From Dimorphilus gyrociliatus (taxonomy: Eukaryota; Animalia; Annelida): a stretch of DNA of 64,000 nt. Under the pieces are notes generated by a model. The model made no database searches, was not told the origin of the DNA, and was given only the letters and a program-made list of their open reading frames with translations. The translations under genes were made by a program, and so were the position numbers. The stretch spans positions 4,273,891 to 4,337,890 of the forward strand of contig CAJFCJ010000002.1 in NCBI GenBank assembly GCA_904063045.1. Reading direction: 5' to 3'. The stretch's first letter is position 1, and each line of letters begins with the position of its first letter. Shown piece by piece: positions 62,447-64,000 of the stretch.

Positions 62447-63437
62447 TGACGTAGTTCTATTAAGTCTTGAAATTATATTCCGAAGATCTAAATAAGAAAA
62501 ATAATAGCATTTATCGCATAACACGCAGAGACGACTTACTGCAACACGACGGGAAAATCATAACATTCTCGCAAATGAGCGATAATAGGAAGTGAAATCC
62601 GAATGATTAGAAGGAGTCTGTCACGCAATTGTTAGTTTATAAGCAAATATGAGATTGTACGATTTTTCCTTTAAAAACCTTAACAAGTCCTTTTCAATTT
62701 CCAACAATGATTATTTAAAGCGATTTTCGATCAAGTTACAAAAAAAGCGACATGTTGGCAGTAAGACTACTAACCGCAAACGTTTCGGAAAATTATTACA
62801 CAAAAGTCAAAAAATCAATATTTAAAAAAAAATTAAATTTACCCTAAATGTTAAATATTAAATCCATATTTAAGTTTAAAAAACATCAATAAGCTTATCA
62901 GTAATTCCTTTTATCTTTATCATTATTCTTTAAATATATATTAATGTATATATTATAATAGGAGCTAAATTCCTACTATATAACGTTCTTTTTCATTGTT
63001 GAATATCTTGTTCTCTTTTTGAATATGCTAATTAAGTATATTAATTAGTAAAGTTAGATTTTGAAATAATAGAAAAAAATTATTAATGATATGCAGAAAT
63101 TTTTTTTATAGAAATTACCCAAGTAATTATTACTTTGTATATTTAAAGAACTCTAGGATTGAATGCTAGATTTTTGAACTGCTGTCTAAAGTTTGATATT
63201 ACAGTTGTTAGCAAACTTTGACACTCAATGGACATGTAAAGCACTAATATACAGATAGATATCTGAATAGCAGTCTGATCAAATTTTTCCTATTATATTT
63301 ATATATTTAAGCTCTTAGTATAACACGATGAAACTACCACTTTAATCGTGTTATTCAATATAATGTATTGATTCAAGTTAGCTGTACTTAATAAGTTATT
63401 TCAATTTCCACTCTGAATTTAGTGGGACCAGGTAGTA

Positions 63438-63820
63438 ATGGCGCTGGCTGTAAACAACGAAGTCGTTTTAGAAAATATTTTTACTATTAATCGGATCTGT
63501 TATAATGTGTGCCTTGGCGAAACACATTTAGAATGGTTTGAAACAAATGAAGGAATATTCGAAAACGGAGGTCACTATTTTATTTTATAATGCTTTTATG
63601 TCGATTATAATATCTCTTTCGTAGATCTGCATCATTCGAAAAAATCTGTTCCAATAGAACAAATTCTCTGCATAAGGGAAGAATGTAAAGGCAGCGAAAG
63701 AAATTGTTTTTCTGGTTTGCATTCTAGATCCTACGTAAGTTGATAGTTGTTGAATGTTAACATAAGTAGAAATTTTCATTCGCAAACCTATAACAGTTGC
63801 TGTCTGGCTATCATTCACTG
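63438..63820 (+). CDS. 5' part of a probable ceramide kinase-like gene (N-terminal PH-like region), runs off the window
   Basis: Phase-compatible exons 63438-63570, 63625-63734 and 63797-63820 give MALAVNNEVVLENIFTINRICYNVCLGETHLEWF...KSVPIEQILCIREE, which resembles the CERK PH segment SVPVSEIIAVEE. The catalytic domain is not in the window. Confidence 0.5.
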
Positions 63821-64000
63821 GTAATTCAAGCTTAATCTAAAACAAATCATTTATAAATTTCTATAAAACCCTTACTCTCAGTACCTTAGCTCTCTTTCTT
63901 TACATTTGTAACATATATTAAAAATTAAATAACTAGCTGTTCTTTAGTATTTTATTTTCATTTCTTGTAGAAATCTTTCTTAAAGAGTTAAAAGAGAAAA

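Noticed and set aside
1-64000. Prokaryotic systems (CRISPR arrays, operons, prophage)
   Set aside because: Spliceosomal introns and metazoan gene families occur throughout, and no repeat-spacer array was seen.

Overview
AT-rich, gene-dense eukaryotic (metazoan invertebrate) genomic DNA with mostly very short spliceosomal introns (about 50-110 nt). It is consistent with a compact lophotrochozoan-type genome, but the taxon cannot be established from the sequence alone. By manually splicing the ORF track I reconstruct 18 protein-coding genes, in order: a multi-C2H2 zinc-finger factor with an Ikaros/Hunchback-type C-terminal finger pair, a LicD/fukutin-family transferase, an unknown Ser/Pro-rich small protein, an NWD-type DUF4062-NACHT-WD40 protein, an R3H/SUZ protein, alsin (ALS2), PDK, CDV3, NUSAP1, an AADAC-like lipase, a beta-1,4-galactosyltransferase-family enzyme, a p24/TMED protein, CDCA3, USP5/13, an LRRIQ1-like protein, TRMT10C, SLC35E2 and a truncated ceramide-kinase-like gene. 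I recognised no rRNA, tRNA, CRISPR array or intact transposon. Main observations: (1) internally duplicated alternative exons, namely two homologous first exons in PDK and two homologous terminal cassettes in TMED; (2) three well-supported and one probable GC-AG introns among roughly 55; (3) an LRRIQ1 homologue with no LRRs but a long charged single-helix repeat; (4) a small protein resembling the calcineurin-regulated region of NFAT; (5) Tc1-type footprint heptamers inside TA microsatellites. All homology calls come from motif recognition from memory, not from database searches.
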